Source: Leucoraja erinacea
Taxonomy: Eukaryota
Reading direction: 5' to 3'
NCBI RefSeq assembly: GCF_028641065.1
Contig: NC_073407.1
Coordinates: 19,592,001 to 19,656,000, forward strand
DNA length: 64,000 nucleotides
Part shown: positions 25,233 through 38,799 of the stretch, piece after piece
How positions within the stretch are numbered: the stretch's first letter is position 1
How the letters are laid out: each line of letters opens with the position of its first letter
The notes under the pieces: model-generated
Told to the model about the DNA's origin: nothing
The model's input: the letters and a program-made list of their open reading frames with translations, nothing else
The model's database searches: none
Translations under genes and position numbers: made by a program

Positions 25233-26546
25233 AAATTACTATTGAACATGCATTTTAGATCTGAACAATTTGCTGTTTTCTTGCCCCTGGCTGTCAACCC
25301 TTATGACACAAGAAATGCTTTCTCCCTCGATTGACACCACAAAAGAGCAACTGATAGTTGAGGCAAAACTGTGCCAAATATATTGCAGTGCAGGCAAACG
25401 TTAGATCCAAAAAAAAGAATTGAACTGAGTAAAAGTAGAACATGCTGCAAACACAGCAAGTCGGGCAGCATCTGCGGAGAGAGTTCACCTCTCAAGTTAT
25501 TGATGATGAAAGTTCATTGATCTGAAATGTTAACTTTATTTCCTATTTCAAAATATTTCCAGCACTTTGTGATTTTATTTTATATTTCCAACATCAGCTG
25601 TATTTTACTTTTGAATAAAACGGAGTAATTGCAAAAAGGCGTAAAACTAGAAATGGTAGCGATCCAAGGACATTTAGGTATTAACATGCCATGGGCAGGT
25701 ACTGGAAATAATCGAGCAGGTTAATGGAATACATCGCGATGACCTGGTTAGACCACATCTGGAATACTGAGCAGGTCTGGGCACCACATCTCATAAAGGA
25801 TGTACAACCTTGAAGACTGTAAGGCAGAGATGTTTTTAGAATCGTACTTGGACTACAAACGGTAACTTCCAAGGATCTTTTGGCATGTCAATAATTCCCA
25901 GAATTAATTCAGAAAATGCTGAAAATACTCAGCTTTTGAAACAAGCCTGCAGAGAAAGAAATAGATTTATTGTCTCAGTTCAATAAACTTTCATCACAAT
26001 TCATAAGACCTGAACAACCCCTGTGAACAGAGTGGTGTTACAAGTTTTGTAGTTCCTTCTGTGATCACCAATTAAAGATTACGCAGTTTTTTTTTGTTAA
26101 AAAAAAACGCACTAAGGGTCTGTCCCACTTACCCGACCGTTACAGGCGACTGCTGGCACCTGTGATAGGTCGCCAAAATGTTCAACATGTTGAAAACTCA
26201 GCGGTGACCAGAAAGATGCTATGACTCTTTGGAGACCTCTCACGACCATACAGGCTGTGGTCGGAGAGGCCACCCGTGACATGTCACCAGGGGTCGCCTG
26301 TATGGTCGTGAAAATTTGTTGAAAATTTCATTCTACCAGTGCTCATGCCAGCCTTTAATGGAGATATTATACTAATCCCACTTTCCTGCTCTTTCCCTTC
26401 ATTTTGCCTTTAAGTATTTATCCAATTCCCATTTGGAAATTACTATTGAACATGCATTTTAGATCTGAACAATTTGCTGTTTTCTTGCCCCTGGCTGTCA
26501 ACCCTTATGACACAAGAAATGCTTTCTCCCTCGATTGACACCACAA
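25233..26546 (+). repeat. 110-bp identical direct duplication (25233-25342 and 26437-26546)
   Basis: AAATTACTATTGAACATGC...GATTGACACCACAA occurs twice, with no mismatch seen. Confidence 0.92.
26115..26330. mobile_element. Truncated Harbinger-like MITE (related decayed piece at about 23451-23690)
   Basis: One TIR, AGGGTCTGTCCCACTTA. Shares TTCAACATGTTG with the 45054 element. Confidence 0.7.
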
Positions 26547-27949
26547 GAGATTTATTTTTGAAGTTCGAAACACAGTTTGATATATTTTTTTAACAAAATA
26601 CTTATTTAACTTGGTTCTTGATGACGTCTCCTTTTATTGTCAAACTCCCACTTCCTCTCACAATGCAGCTGATCATTTAAGTACAGTTAATAAAGCAGGT
26701 GCCAAGTGTCATATCGTAAAGCTGAAATGCTGAGGGAAATCTTCTGCATATTACCAACAATGTATCCTTGGGTCTTGTTCTTGAAATAAAGCTGGTCTAT
26801 CAACAACTTCTGTCTGTGTGTACAAAATATCCCAAGATATTTAGAAGAGCATCAACAAGCACATTTTGACATTCAGCTACTCAAAGGGCATATTAAAACT
26901 AATTTTCAAAAGCTTAGTTATAGAGATAGATTTTAAGAGCGACCTAAGGAAATAAAGACAGATGGAGAGTGATGTTAGGGAGGGAATTCCAGAGCATGGA
27001 CCTTGACTTGGTATATGATTCATTGGATATATTGTTTCAGCTTATCTGGATGAGGTTGCAAAGTGTTCATATTAAATGCATTCTTCTAACCATCATTAAA
27101 CTCTTTGAGCCAACCATTTCCTAAAAGAGTTGGTCTGCTGTACGGACAGCGATCGTGTTACTGGCTTCACTTCATTGAATGTTATGAGAAAATTATACAT
27201 TCCATTTCATCCAGGATGTTCAGTTTCTCACCAAGACAAATTTCAAATCTTTGTTTTTTCTTGCGAACAACATATTGTGATTTATTTTTGATCTCTGCCA
27301 ATAATCATGCAACTTGCAGCTGTAATGATGTCCGTATATTGTTTGAGATGGAGCTGTTCATGAGCTTCATTGTCATGGAAGTTTCTATTATGTGGCTTTA
27401 TGATATCAGTGGTGCCGTTCCCCAATGTTCTTGGCTGTCATTGCCTTCCCTTGTAATTCTGGATCTAGCCTTACAATGAGGCGACTGTACGTGTTACAGT
27501 TGGGCATTTCATACACGAACAGGTACAATGTACAGACAAAGTAGGAGCATTCAATCCAATCTGATTGTAACCTCAACTCTATATTCACATGTCCTCTGGT
27601 AATTTTTGATCATTTACTAACCAAGAATTTATTATCCTTCATCTAAAAAAGATACATTGCCGTCTCCGCCTTTTGTGCCAAACTCAGTTACTTGACTGGT
27701 TTATTAATGGAGCTTCTAGCTTTGCAACTGTCATTTGCCTATAAACAACATTGAGAAAGACATTATCCACAGGCAGAAGCTTTTGAACATTTTTCAAACA
27801 TATCCACTGCTGGGCATGGTGGGCTAAAAGGCATGTTCCTGTGCTGTATTGTTCTATAATGTAGCTCTTTTACATTTTACATGCACACACAAATGTTTAA
27901 TCTCATGCATTAAATGAATTACGAGAACATCGGACTCGAGCGCCTAACA

Positions 27950-28365
27950 AATAGGCAGAGGTTGAGCAAGCTAGGACTATCCTTTGGAGAGCAGGAGACT
28001 GGGGGGTGACTTCATAGACACATATAAAATCAAGAGGTGATAAGGTGAATACACACACTCTTTTTCCCAGGAAAGTGGGAATCAAAACTAGGGGGCATGG
28101 GTTTAAGGTGAGAATGGAGAGATTTAAAAGGGACCTATGGTGCACTTCTTCATGCAGAGGGGAGGTTGTGTATATGAATCTAGCTGCCAGAGAAAGCAGT
28201 TGAGGCAAATATAATAATAAGATTTAAAAGATATTTGGACAGGTATATGAAAAGGAAAGAGATCATGGGATAGCAGCTAAATGCGGGTAAATGGGAGATA
28301 GGCATGTGGGTTGGCATGGACAAGTTGGGCTGAAGGACCTGTTTCTCTGCTGTTATTATTCTATA
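27950..28365 (+). mobile_element. Old CR1 LINE 3' end
   Basis: Degenerate RLGGDFI/KTRGHGFK motifs and a GGCTGAAGGACCTGTTTC tail. Confidence 0.7.
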
Positions 28366-29100
28366 TTCAGAGAGGTATCAGAATGATATTGTTTAAAACG
28401 TTTATGTAAACCTATAATCATGAATGGTCCCTGCTGACCTTTGCTTTTTGGTTCGAATTGTAACTCGATATGATCTTCGAGGTGCTGGATTAAACTGATT
28501 CTGCAGTTTCACTCACATAATTGAATGAAATATCTTTACCTCTGCCTGCAGATCTGCTGACACGGCATTCTCATCCCAGCCCATCTCTGCAAATAAGATT
28601 TATTTCTTATTTTCGCAATGGTTCTATTTTGTTCAGGTATGCTTTTGTCTTTCCTGTCAATTTTGACAAGATTATTTGCCTGAAGAATATTTACACCTTT
28701 CATCAAACGAACTGAAGGGCTCACACAATTCATCATAAACAGCAATGTTTCCCAAAAAATCTAGATATGTTCTGTCATGCTTTTGATAATGTTCCTGATC
28801 TGTAAACACTTCACTTTGTTTCTCCCGTGCTTGGGTCTGTACTTCAGTTCCATCACAAGTCTGCAAGTTGAGTTTCCTTAAATTGAGATTAATCTTAAAG
28901 TTACAGATTTATGCGTATAGGGTGGTAGATGTTATTGACCAATGTTATTTTTGGTCAGCTTCAATACTTTTCCATTCTATCCGCATCACCAATGTAATGC
29001 ATGTTCTTAGTCCACAGAGAGAAATCTATAAGATACATCGAATTTGTTAAATTGTACACAGTGATAAATGTTTGATCAAATATATGATAGAATAACATAA

Positions 29101-29273
29101 TGTAGCGGCACCTGCTGGTGCTCGCAAGTATCGAACCCTGCAGTCGGAATCCGCGCGCACGTGACTCCGGGAGGAGTCGTGATCGGTGAATCATATTGAG
29201 AATAAATCTGATTTAAACCAACCGCCTGTTGTCGTGATCCACCAAAACATCACATTTACCTACACATACTACA
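29101..29273 (+). mobile_element. Short solo LTR related to 22116-22347
   Basis: Starts TGTAGCGGCACC, shares TATCGAACCC and CACGTGACTC-GG motifs with the 22116 LTR, has AATAAA. It ends at CATCACA (29254) or TACTACA (29273). The TSD is not clean. Confidence 0.55.
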
Positions 29274-29380
29274 ATCATCAGAAAAATATATTCAACTCTA
29301 CAGCCTCTACCTTGGCTGGTCTGATGATAATGTCCTCTTTGTCCCTTCCAGACTTGACTATCCCATTGCTTCCTGTAAAG

Positions 29381-29835
29381 GGCGGCCCAGTGGTGTAGGG
29401 ATGGAGCTGCTGCCTTACAGTACCAGGGACCCGAGTTCGATCCTGACTTGTCTGCACGGAGTTTGTACATTCTCCCCGTGACCTGCCTGACCCCCCTATC
29501 AGTCTGAAGAAGGGTTTTCGGCCCGAAATGTTACCTATTTCCTTTGCTCCATAAATGCTGCTGCACCCGCTGAGTTTCTCCAGCATTTTTGTGTACCTTC
29601 GATTTTCCAGCATCTGCAGTTCCTTTTTAAACACTGGGTTTTCTCTGAGATCTTCGGTTTCCTCCCTCACTCCAAAGTCTTACAGGTTTGTAGGTTAATT
29701 GGTTTAAGAGTATAAATGTGAAATTTCCCCCAGTGTGTGTAAGGATAGTGTAAACGTGTGCGGGGATCGCTGGTCGGTGTGGACTCAGTGGGCCGAAGGG
29801 CCTGTTTCCGCGCTGTATCTCTAAACTAAACTAAA
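29381..29835 (+). mobile_element. HE1-like V-SINE interrupted by a Penelope terminus (about 29487-29632)
   Basis: B box GAGTTCGATCC, V-domain split by the insertion, (CTAAA)n tail. Confidence 0.85.
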
Positions 29836-29999
29836 CCTGAGCCCATGTACAATTCACTTCCCTGTAACAAAGCGTGTGGATTGACTCTCCCGTGTCCTAC
29901 TGCTTCACCCCCCCTTCCATCACGGAACCTCAATATTAACACCACTGGGTCCTGCTACCCCTGCCATAGCCAAGAGTTTCAAATCCATCTCATCCCCAC

Positions 30000-30525
30000 T
30001 CCCTTGTGAGCCCATGTTTGCCCCACCCCCACAGTACCACCCCCACCCATCTGCCGCTCTCAGAACCTGGATCTGTTATCCCTGTTACCCCTGTCGGGCT
30101 TTTAACCCCCCTCCCACCGGACTGCCCCTTTCTCCCCTCCCACCTTTCCGCTCAGCCATTTTATCCCCAACATCCCTGTATTCCAAATGGACTCATGGCC
30201 ATCTCTCCCCTGTCCCTCCCCTCCCGCCTGCATTCCTTCCTCTGGCTTCACAATTCACAACTCTTCTATCCTTATCTCAAACATTTTATCTTTTCTTCTC
30301 TGCGCTTTTTCCAACCATATGCCTATCAAAACCCCACCTCAAGTGTATTCATGTATCACCCGCCAGACTTTCTCTTGCTCCATCTTCTCTTCCAACTTTC
30401 TTCTCCACCCCCCCCCCCTCCCACCCCTCCAACTACAATCAGTTTATACAAGGACCCTGAGCTGAAGCATCACCAACCCATGGTCTCCAGAGATGCTTCC
30501 TGATATGCTGAGTTGCTCCAGCACC
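30000..30525 (+). mobile_element. Old Penelope 3' UTR/terminus remnant
   Basis: C/T-rich tract resembling the reverse complement of 60200-60500, ending CTCCAGAGATGCTTCCTGA...GAGTTGCTCCAGCAC. Confidence 0.6.
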
Positions 30526-30869
30526 CTGCCACTTTTTAAAATGACCAAATCCAGCTTACTGAGTTTGTTGACTTACACTGGCTTATGTTCCGACAGCAGC
30601 TTTAATATTCCCCATAGTCTAATTCCATCCAAAGTATTTATCTTCTGTGAGTGCTACAATTGAGATGTCTTTGCAACACTAAATCTGGCCTCTTGAGATT
30701 TCAACTGCTCCAGCAGAAGCAGCTCTGCCTTCAGTTGCCTTGCACATGAGAACACTTGGACTACAGTAGGCATTTAGGGCATTGATAACATGCCAAAACC
30801 TTCCTAATTAACTGGAAGAGTAATCGAACGTGTTTTCTCCCACACTGCTATCCCCCAGGATTAAACATC

Positions 30870-31300
30870 AGTTACTGGCAATTGGCCATGTTGTTCAAAT
30901 GCTCAGCACAGGACAGTCCATTCCATTCTCTTTTATGGGAGAAGATTATCTGGCAGACAGAGGAAAATATTCAAGCGCGTGTTCAAAGCTTCCTTGCAGC
31001 ATCCCCACTGAATACTGTGAATCCTGGCTCAAGCCCTTTCAAAGTGGAAAAGAAGCAGGCTGTCACTGGCGACGTCAGGCCCAAACATCAGGAGCGCAAA
31101 GTGATCCCGCAGAAGTGGCTGAAAGAACACACCACCGCACAAACTACCATCAATCATCTCCTGTCCCATCTGCGGAAGAGTCTGCCTCAGCAACCACCTG
31201 AGAATCAGCCAAAAAATGAATCAATATTGTCGATCTCAACGGACAGGTTGAACAGAAGAAGAGCACACGAGGACATTTTCTACATAACGAGGATCTATAT
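30870..31300 (+). mobile_element. Degenerate RTE-clade LINE 3' remnant (similar: about 50640-51430 minus, about 46850-47050 plus)
   Basis: IGHVVQM motif and CSIPxxxxESW-like residues typical of RTE ORF ends. Heavily decayed. Confidence 0.45.
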
Positions 31301-34300
31301 TGTATGAAGTAATTGGCATCAGATTGTGAAGTAGAGCTGCAATGGTAAACAACTAGTAAAAAATAAACCCATGTATGTGGAGATGGCGTACGGATATTGG
31401 AAGAAATGATGCTGCTCTGTCAAAAACATACAGTGATAATCATGGGGATTTTTAATCTACTTGTAAATATGATGGACAAAGCTAGCCTGGCTGAAGAGTT
31501 CAGAGTATTTTGGGAGGTAGACAAAAGTGCTGGGGAAACTCAGCGGGTGAGGCAGCATCTATGGAGCGAAGGAAATAGGTGACGTTTCGGGGCGAGAACC
31601 TTCTTCAGACTTATTTTGGGGATGTTTTCTTAAAGCAGGATGTACTACCGCCAACCAGAGCAAGCTTCACTGTGGCACCGTGCCACAAGACGGAACTGGT
31701 TCATTATCTCAAAGTGAAGGCTGCTGGGTGGCAGTCATAACATAAGTTGAGCTGTTCGTTCAACTTGGGGGAGAGAAGGGTGGGTCTAGGACTCAAGAAA
31801 TTGTTAGAGCTGTGGCTGAAAAGTCAAGTCAAGTCAAGTCTATTCGTCACATACACATACGAGATGTGCAGTGAAATGAAAAGTGGCAATGCTTGCGGAT
31901 TGTGCAAGAAAATGCGCACAGTTTCCGCGGAGCTGCCACGACGGCGACTAGACAGGGCCGCGCCATCTTGGGGTTTTGATGGACTTCATCCTTTAGCCCT
32001 GAAAAGAACTAGCTAATGACACAGTAGACGGCTTTGTAATAATTTCCAGAAATTCACATAACTCAAGAAAGGTTCCATTAGTTTGGAAAATAATAAATAC
32101 AACTCCTTTATTCAAAAAAGGGGAGCCAGAGGGCAGAAACATCCAGACAGGGATTATTCAAACAGGGATCACTATTTAACTTTTTTTTAAATCCAGTTAT
32201 CTTTGCATCCGTCACAGGGAAATGATAGAAGCATTTTTTAACAATATATTCGAGTTCTTTGAATAAATAACACGTGCAGTGAATAAAGAGGAACAGGTGG
32301 GCATATTAAGCTTTCCAGAAAGATTTGATAAGGTGCTATGTCAAGGTCATGGCAGAATAGCTCATGATGGAAGAGGTAACATTCTGGTGTGGACAGAGTA
32401 TTGGATGGCGGACAGGAAATGGTTAGGAAGCATAAATGGGCCTTCAATATATGGAACTGGTTATGTGCTAACGAACTGTTGGACAGGCTGGATTTGTATC
32501 CACTGGTGTTTAGAAGAGTGAGAAGGGTCTGAGGATTCTAGATGGGAAGAAAGTGTTTCTTCTTGTAGGAGATTCTTCAATCAGGGATCACTATTTAACA
32601 TATTTAAAAATTCTTATTTCTGAATCAGAATATTGAGCATGTAGATCTTTGTTTTCACTTCACTATCAAGTGTAAAAAGATGCTGTTTTCTAAATGAGCC
32701 TTAAGATTGTGTCCCTGTCTGCCCTCAACTGGAGATGAAAATGATCCCCTTATGTTATTTTAATGTGCAGAATGCACTTCTCCCAAAGTTTTGGCCAATA
32801 ATTGCACATCAGCCACCATCGCATCTTGTCAATATCTCTTTCAGGTTCATTACATTTCCAGTTTTCCTAGCCTTTCATGCATGTGCAGATGGCACAATTC
32901 CTAGTTTTAAACCAATGACCATATGGCTAAAGATTTGGGATGGCCTGTAGCTGTAAACGTTGCTTCGCCTGTGAAAATCTTCCCTTCTCTCTCTCTCCCT
33001 TCCAAGCAGTGCTGGGAAGGCTTGAGTGTCTCACAGAGGGAGCCCTGTGTAACCTTGTACAGAGCTTCTCTCCAAAATCTAATCTAATCTCTCTTTGACT
33101 TTGCCTCATCCTTGTTCTGTAAGGCGCACCATTTGTTGAACAGACTGGTTCAGGGAAGTGCATATTACTTCTTTTTATATTGAGGAATGTATTAAAGCTC
33201 CTTTTTGATCCCCTGAGCACTGAACGTGTTTCACAGCCTTTCGATTGACGACAAAAGCCTCCTAAAACTATTATTTTTCTCTCTTCCTATTTCGCCATTC
33301 AACGTTGAGCAGTGCTGGATGTTTTGCAATTTCCCTCACACCGAAAATCAAATGAATTCCAGACAATACTCACAGCACACACACATCTCCAGTGACAGCT
33401 TCATTCTTGTCTTCAATCACTTTTCTTATTTAATGACATTTTGCAAAGTTAGTGAGTGTTCCACTGTGCCTGGTTCCCCCAGCTTTTCCAATCAGCGTCG
33501 ACAGTCTCTGATTTGCGCCCCTTCTTCCCTGTCCTCCTGGTCACTCTGCTCATGTCCAAACCCCTTGATATAAGTTAAAATGGAAACTAAACCATTGGGG
33601 CTTAATTTCAGTGCGACTGAATTGAAAAGGAATAGAGAGGTAGGTTAAACATATCAACAACTACAGTGAGACCACACTTGAACTATCTTGGAGTTTTCTT
33701 CACTATATTACGGGGGAAACACAACAGTAGTTTTATATAAGGGTGACACCTGATCCACGAGGTTAGAGCTATCTTAAAAGATTGAACGCACTTGGGATTT
33801 TTTCCCCCCAGAGAAGACTGACGGATGATCGGATAAAGATCTTCATGACTAGGAATCGGTGTGCTGGTGAAGGCACATGGATGGCTTCCCTTGTTGGAGC
33901 TACTTAAAGTAGGGCTCATGAATATAAAGTAATAAATAATTAATCCAGAAGGAAATCCAAGCAAAGCTTCTTTACCCAGCCAGCGATGTGGCCATGGAAC
34001 TTGAAGCCTCATAGAGGGTATAAAGCGTATAACGGAGATTTATTTCAAGGGAAGACAGATATACAGGTGATGTGGTCCACCGTAATGAATGTGGATGCTT
34101 TCTGGCCTGCAGGGTAAGTGTTTGAAAGATTCTTTCACTCATGCCAGCCGCCTGTTCTCGTGGAGTTGCCCGAGGCTAATTTAAGAGTTGGCATTAGTCC
34201 TGCGTTCTTTTTTAACATCTGTTTCTTTTACATTTGCAACCAATTCAACCAATTAGAAGAAAAGAAAAAAAAGCTTTTTTTTTTCATTGCTTTCATCAGC

Positions 34301-34807
34301 AAACACAGCCCAGGCCACTCTGAAGCATCAGAGTTAATATTAAATTGCAATATAAAATATTAAATTGTAAACAGATGCCCAGTTGTGTGCAAATCATTCG
34401 TTTCCACATAGCATTACTAGGGAATCGCGAATTGAGAGGCGGTAATCATGGTATTGGTGAAGCGAGAAAAATAATTCATATTTTGCTGCAATTACTCTTT
34501 ATCATAAAAGGAGTGGATTTGAAATGCACTCTCCTCACTGGAGCTCTCCTCCACATAATCTGTCTGACCATCTCCACCATTCTCGATTTAGATTTTCAAT
34601 TGCCAGCATCAGCTCTATTTTGTTTTTTACTCGTTATATATGGCTCAGGATGCAGTTTTCTTGATCTGAAGTAAGATGGGCTGTAGGTTCAGACACTGGA
34701 GTAGATAATGTGAAAAGAAAGGCTTTGAATTATTAAAGACCTTTCATAACTTCTAGACTTCCCTCAGTCACTGTTGCAACTTGGGAAACGCACAACCAAT
34801 ACGCAAC

Positions 34808-34976
34808 GAAACTCAGCGGGTGCGGCAGCATCTATGGAGCGAAGGAAATAGGCAACGTTTCGTCCCGAAACGTTGCCTATTTCCTTCGCTCCATAGATGC
34901 TGCCGCACCCGCTGAGTTTCCCCCAGCATATTGTGTCTACCTTCGATTTTCCAGCATCTGCAGTTCCTTCTTGAAC
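34808..34976. mobile_element. Fold-back Penelope-terminus element
   Basis: GAAACTCAGCGGGTGCGGCAGCATCTATGGAGCGAAGGAAATAGGCAACGTTTCG pairs with its reverse complement around TCC. Confidence 0.8.
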
Positions 34977-35482
34977 GAATACGCACACACGCTCCCACAG
35001 TGTTGACCAAATAATCTGTGTTGTGTAATGTTGATGATGCACTTCCAATTGTGCAATAAAACACTGCATAGTCAGACCTATTTTTGTGCTCATGTCACTG
35101 GAGGGGGGTCCAAGCACACAACCCCCTGATTTAAACTGATACTCTCAGTGCAGCACACAAAGTGCTTCATACCCTGACTTTTGGTTGAGACACAGAAAGC
35201 TGATGCTGCGTTTACTAAGAGGATCTTACAAATATAAATGGCACAGAAGGTTCCTTGGTGTTGAAAATATCAGTTATAAATGAAAAATATCAAGACTGAG
35301 ATCAATGGCATTTTGATGGGCGAGAGTAATGTGGGGAACCCAATCAAGTGGGTAAAGTACAGATGCACCATGATCTAAGTGAGTAGAATATACAATGAAG
35401 GGACTGGATAATCACCTTACGTGTCTGCTTGGAAAAGCATTGTCCCCGTTCTTTAACCCTCACCCCACTCCCCAGACCTTAA

Positions 35483-35675
35483 AGGGCCTGTCCCACTTGG
35501 GCATTATTTGCGCTTCATTTACGTGACAAAATGTACACGTGACGCGCGCATGGCGCGTGGTGAGACGTGGTGGCGTAGGCAGCGTCGCGCGCGGCGCCCC
35601 AGGATTTTGGGATTCACAAAATCTTTGCACGCCCCCTGCATGACGCGCAAATGATGCCCTAGTGGGACAGGCCCT
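35483..35675. mobile_element. PIF/Harbinger-like palindromic MITE
   Basis: TIR AGGGCCTGTCCCACTTGGGCAT...ATGCCCTAGTGGGACAGGCCCT, flanked by TAA and TTA. CpG-rich interior. Confidence 0.85.
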
Positions 35676-37199
35676 TTAGTAACTCGGCTATGATCATGGA
35701 AATTTGCACAAGAATGGCCTCTGGGTAAGGTTTAGTCACAGGGGCACAGGGGACATGTGACAATGCAGCTGTCCAAATAATGCCCCGTAAACTAATTATC
35801 AGCTAAATTAAAAACTTAAACTAATTTTCCATATTGCAATGACTACCAAATATTTCATTGTCTGTAATGCACTTGTAATATGTACTTTCCTCTCTTGTCC
35901 ATAATCACACAAGCAGCAAATAGCTGCTTCCTCATTTCATTAGCATTGTAATTAAAAGTGAAACGGCCATCATCCCAGTCAGATAGAAAGCAATATTAAT
36001 TAGGTCCTGAGAGGAAGATTGACCCGAAGACTGATCGACTCTGACACTGTATTTGGAATTGAATTGGCTCAACGCCTCGAACTGCAGGCGGCTGAAGACA
36101 AACACACACATTAAATCCTTGTTAAACATTAAGAATGTCAAGCACATCCTGTTTTAAAAGAAAAATAAACATTTCTTTTCCATTGGTGATTTGCAATTGG
36201 ATTTAAATAGTGATTCCCATAAATGTCCTCCCTGGCTGAAAAATGGCAGGCAGTTAGTTAGTTTACGTTAATATAAATCTGTGATTGAGGACACTGAGCC
36301 GTAGACTCAGAGCAAAACCCAAACAGAGAAGACGAGGTGTTTCTCCATCTCTGACCGTTCATGAAACAAATACTGTACGATAAGTCAGGGAAATCTGACC
36401 TCTCTCAAATCAAAAATAAATAATTTACCTACCTCTCAGCTTGTAAACCTCTTCACCGGGAACACATTCAGAAAGTTACTTCATTACTCCAGTTGCTGAC
36501 ACAGAAGCTACATTTACATAAAAAATAGCTGATGGTGATATAGTGGATGAATGCATAATGACATTCCAATCCCGTCTTTTTAACAAAATAGTTTTTTTTT
36601 GGTAACAGGCAGTGGGAACTAAACATATTTCAGCAACAGTAAGCAGTTTATCTTGGATAAAGCAATTTACCTCAACCACGACACTAAACACCCACTCATT
36701 TCACCATTGGTACTTCTCGACAGGGGTATACAACAATGACAGGGCTTTGCCGAGACCTCTTTCAGAGCAGCTCCCAATTTCATGACTGCTACAAAGCAGA
36801 TGGAAAAGGCAGAAATCCCCCCACAATACCTTCACACCCCACTGCTGGGCAAAGTTCCTGGACCCTCCTCACTCAATTTCATCGTGGCCACACCTTCCCC
36901 AATGGTTAAAAAGTGAATCACACCAATTTCTCAAGGATAGCTGGAGAAGGGCAACAAATAATGGACTGTCACCACCACTCATATGCTTAGTGTGAATATA
37001 TTAAATATGTGCAGATCCTGGCAACGAAATGCTGCACGACTTGTTAATCAAAGAGGTTAGAGATGAAAGAAATTGTTTTTTTATTTTGTGAACGTAGGAA
37101 GAAAAGAACACCAGAACACAGGGAGCCACAATCGCTTGATGTTGTTGCTACATATTTCAGTAGAGAAAAGCCCACCATATCTGCGCTGACTGTTCAGCC

Positions 37200-38052
37200 C
37201 AACATGTCTGGGCTGACCATGAAGCCAATCCAACTAATCCCATCTGCCTGCTCATGGTGAATATCCCTCAGTTCCCTGCCTGTTCATGTGCCTAAACATT
37301 ACTCCTGTATCTTCTTCTACCACCTCCCCTGACAGCTGTTCCAGGCGCCCACCACTCTCTTTATTTAAAAAAATGCCTTGCGCATCTCCTTTAAAATGTC
37401 ATCCTTTCATCTTAACTCTATACACTCTAATATCTGACATTTTCATCCTGGGAAGAAGACTCTATCTATCCTATCTCAGCCTCTCATGAGTGTATCTATC
37501 AGGTCTCCCTTCAGCCTCTAATGCTTCAGTAAAAACAATCCAAGCTTATCCAACCTCTCATAACTAACACACTCCAATTCAGTTTACATCCCAGTGCACC
37601 CCTTCTGCACCCCCTCCAAAGCCTCCACGTCCTCTATAGAGTGTGGCAACCAGAACTGCACACAAAACTCGAAATGATATATGACCAAAGTTTAATACAA
37701 CTGCAACATGACTTCCCAACTTTTATACTCAATGTCCCAACTAATTAAGGCAAGCATGCCATACACCTTCTTTACCACCCGATTCAATTTGGTACCACTT
37801 TCAGGGAATTATGAACTTGCATTTCATCATCTCACTGTATATTATTACAACTTAGAGTCTTGCCATTTTTACTCTACTTGCATTTGACCTCCCAAAATGC
37901 AATGCCTTTATGCATTAGACTCCATTGGCCATTTCTCTGCCCAATTTTCCAATTGATTGATATCCTGCTGTGTCCTTGGGCAACCTTCCTTGCTATCTAC
38001 AACTCCATCAATATTCATGTCATCTACAACCTTATTAATCAGCCCACCTACA
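37200..38052 (-). mobile_element. Old CR1 LINE 3' portion
   Basis: The reverse complement gives degenerate VDDM, CVQFWLPH and RLKGDLI motifs. Confidence 0.7.
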
Positions 38053-38055
38053 TTT

Positions 38056-38454
38056 TCGGAGGTCTACAGATAATTCCTTCGTCTTAACGGCTTGGTTTTT
38101 GCTCTGACATACACTGTTAACTGTGGGACCTTATATAGACAGTGTGCCTTTCCAAATCATGTCCAATCAAGTTGTAGAAACATCTCAAGGATAATCAATG
38201 GAAACAGGATGAACCTAAGCTCAATTTTGAGTGTCATAGCAAACGGTGTGAATACTTATGTAAATGTGATATTTCAGTTATTTATTTTTAATTACTTTGC
38301 AAAAATGTCTAAACACCTGTTTTTGCTTCTTCATTCTAGGGTATTGTGTGTAGATTGATGATAATAAAAATAATTTAATCCATTTTAAAATAAGGCTGTA
38401 ACGTAACAAAATGTGGAAAAAGTGAAGGGGTCTGAATACTTTCTGGATGCACTG
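38056..38454 (-). mobile_element. Tc1-family DNA transposon 5' end
   Basis: The minus strand reads TA|CAGTGCATCCAGAAAGTATTCAGACCCCTTCAC (TIR) with an inner repeat AAGTATTCACACCG, and a transposase N-terminus (x)KTKELSVDLR near 38056-38088. Confidence 0.85.
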
Positions 38455-38799
38455 TACATCTTAATTATTTTTCCCTGAATTAGATCTATAACTTTTAATG
38501 TTTAATAATAATAAATCTTTATGTCCTGAATTTTTCAATTGATTGCTCACCTCACTCGTTTTTGAAGGTATGTTTTAATCTAACTACTATTACTGACATC
38601 CACCCTAAATGTCCCGGCTTTAATATTAAAGTTTGGTCCCTTGTACTGAGCAACCAGAGGAAATAGTTCTTGTCCATCTACCCTTTACAGTCTTTAGCAT
38701 TTTCTGCAATCAAAGAAATACACTGCTGATCTGAGAGAGAATGGCAACACAAAAAGTAACTGAGAAGTGATTCATGTATTGGCCAGAAATGTTTAAATA

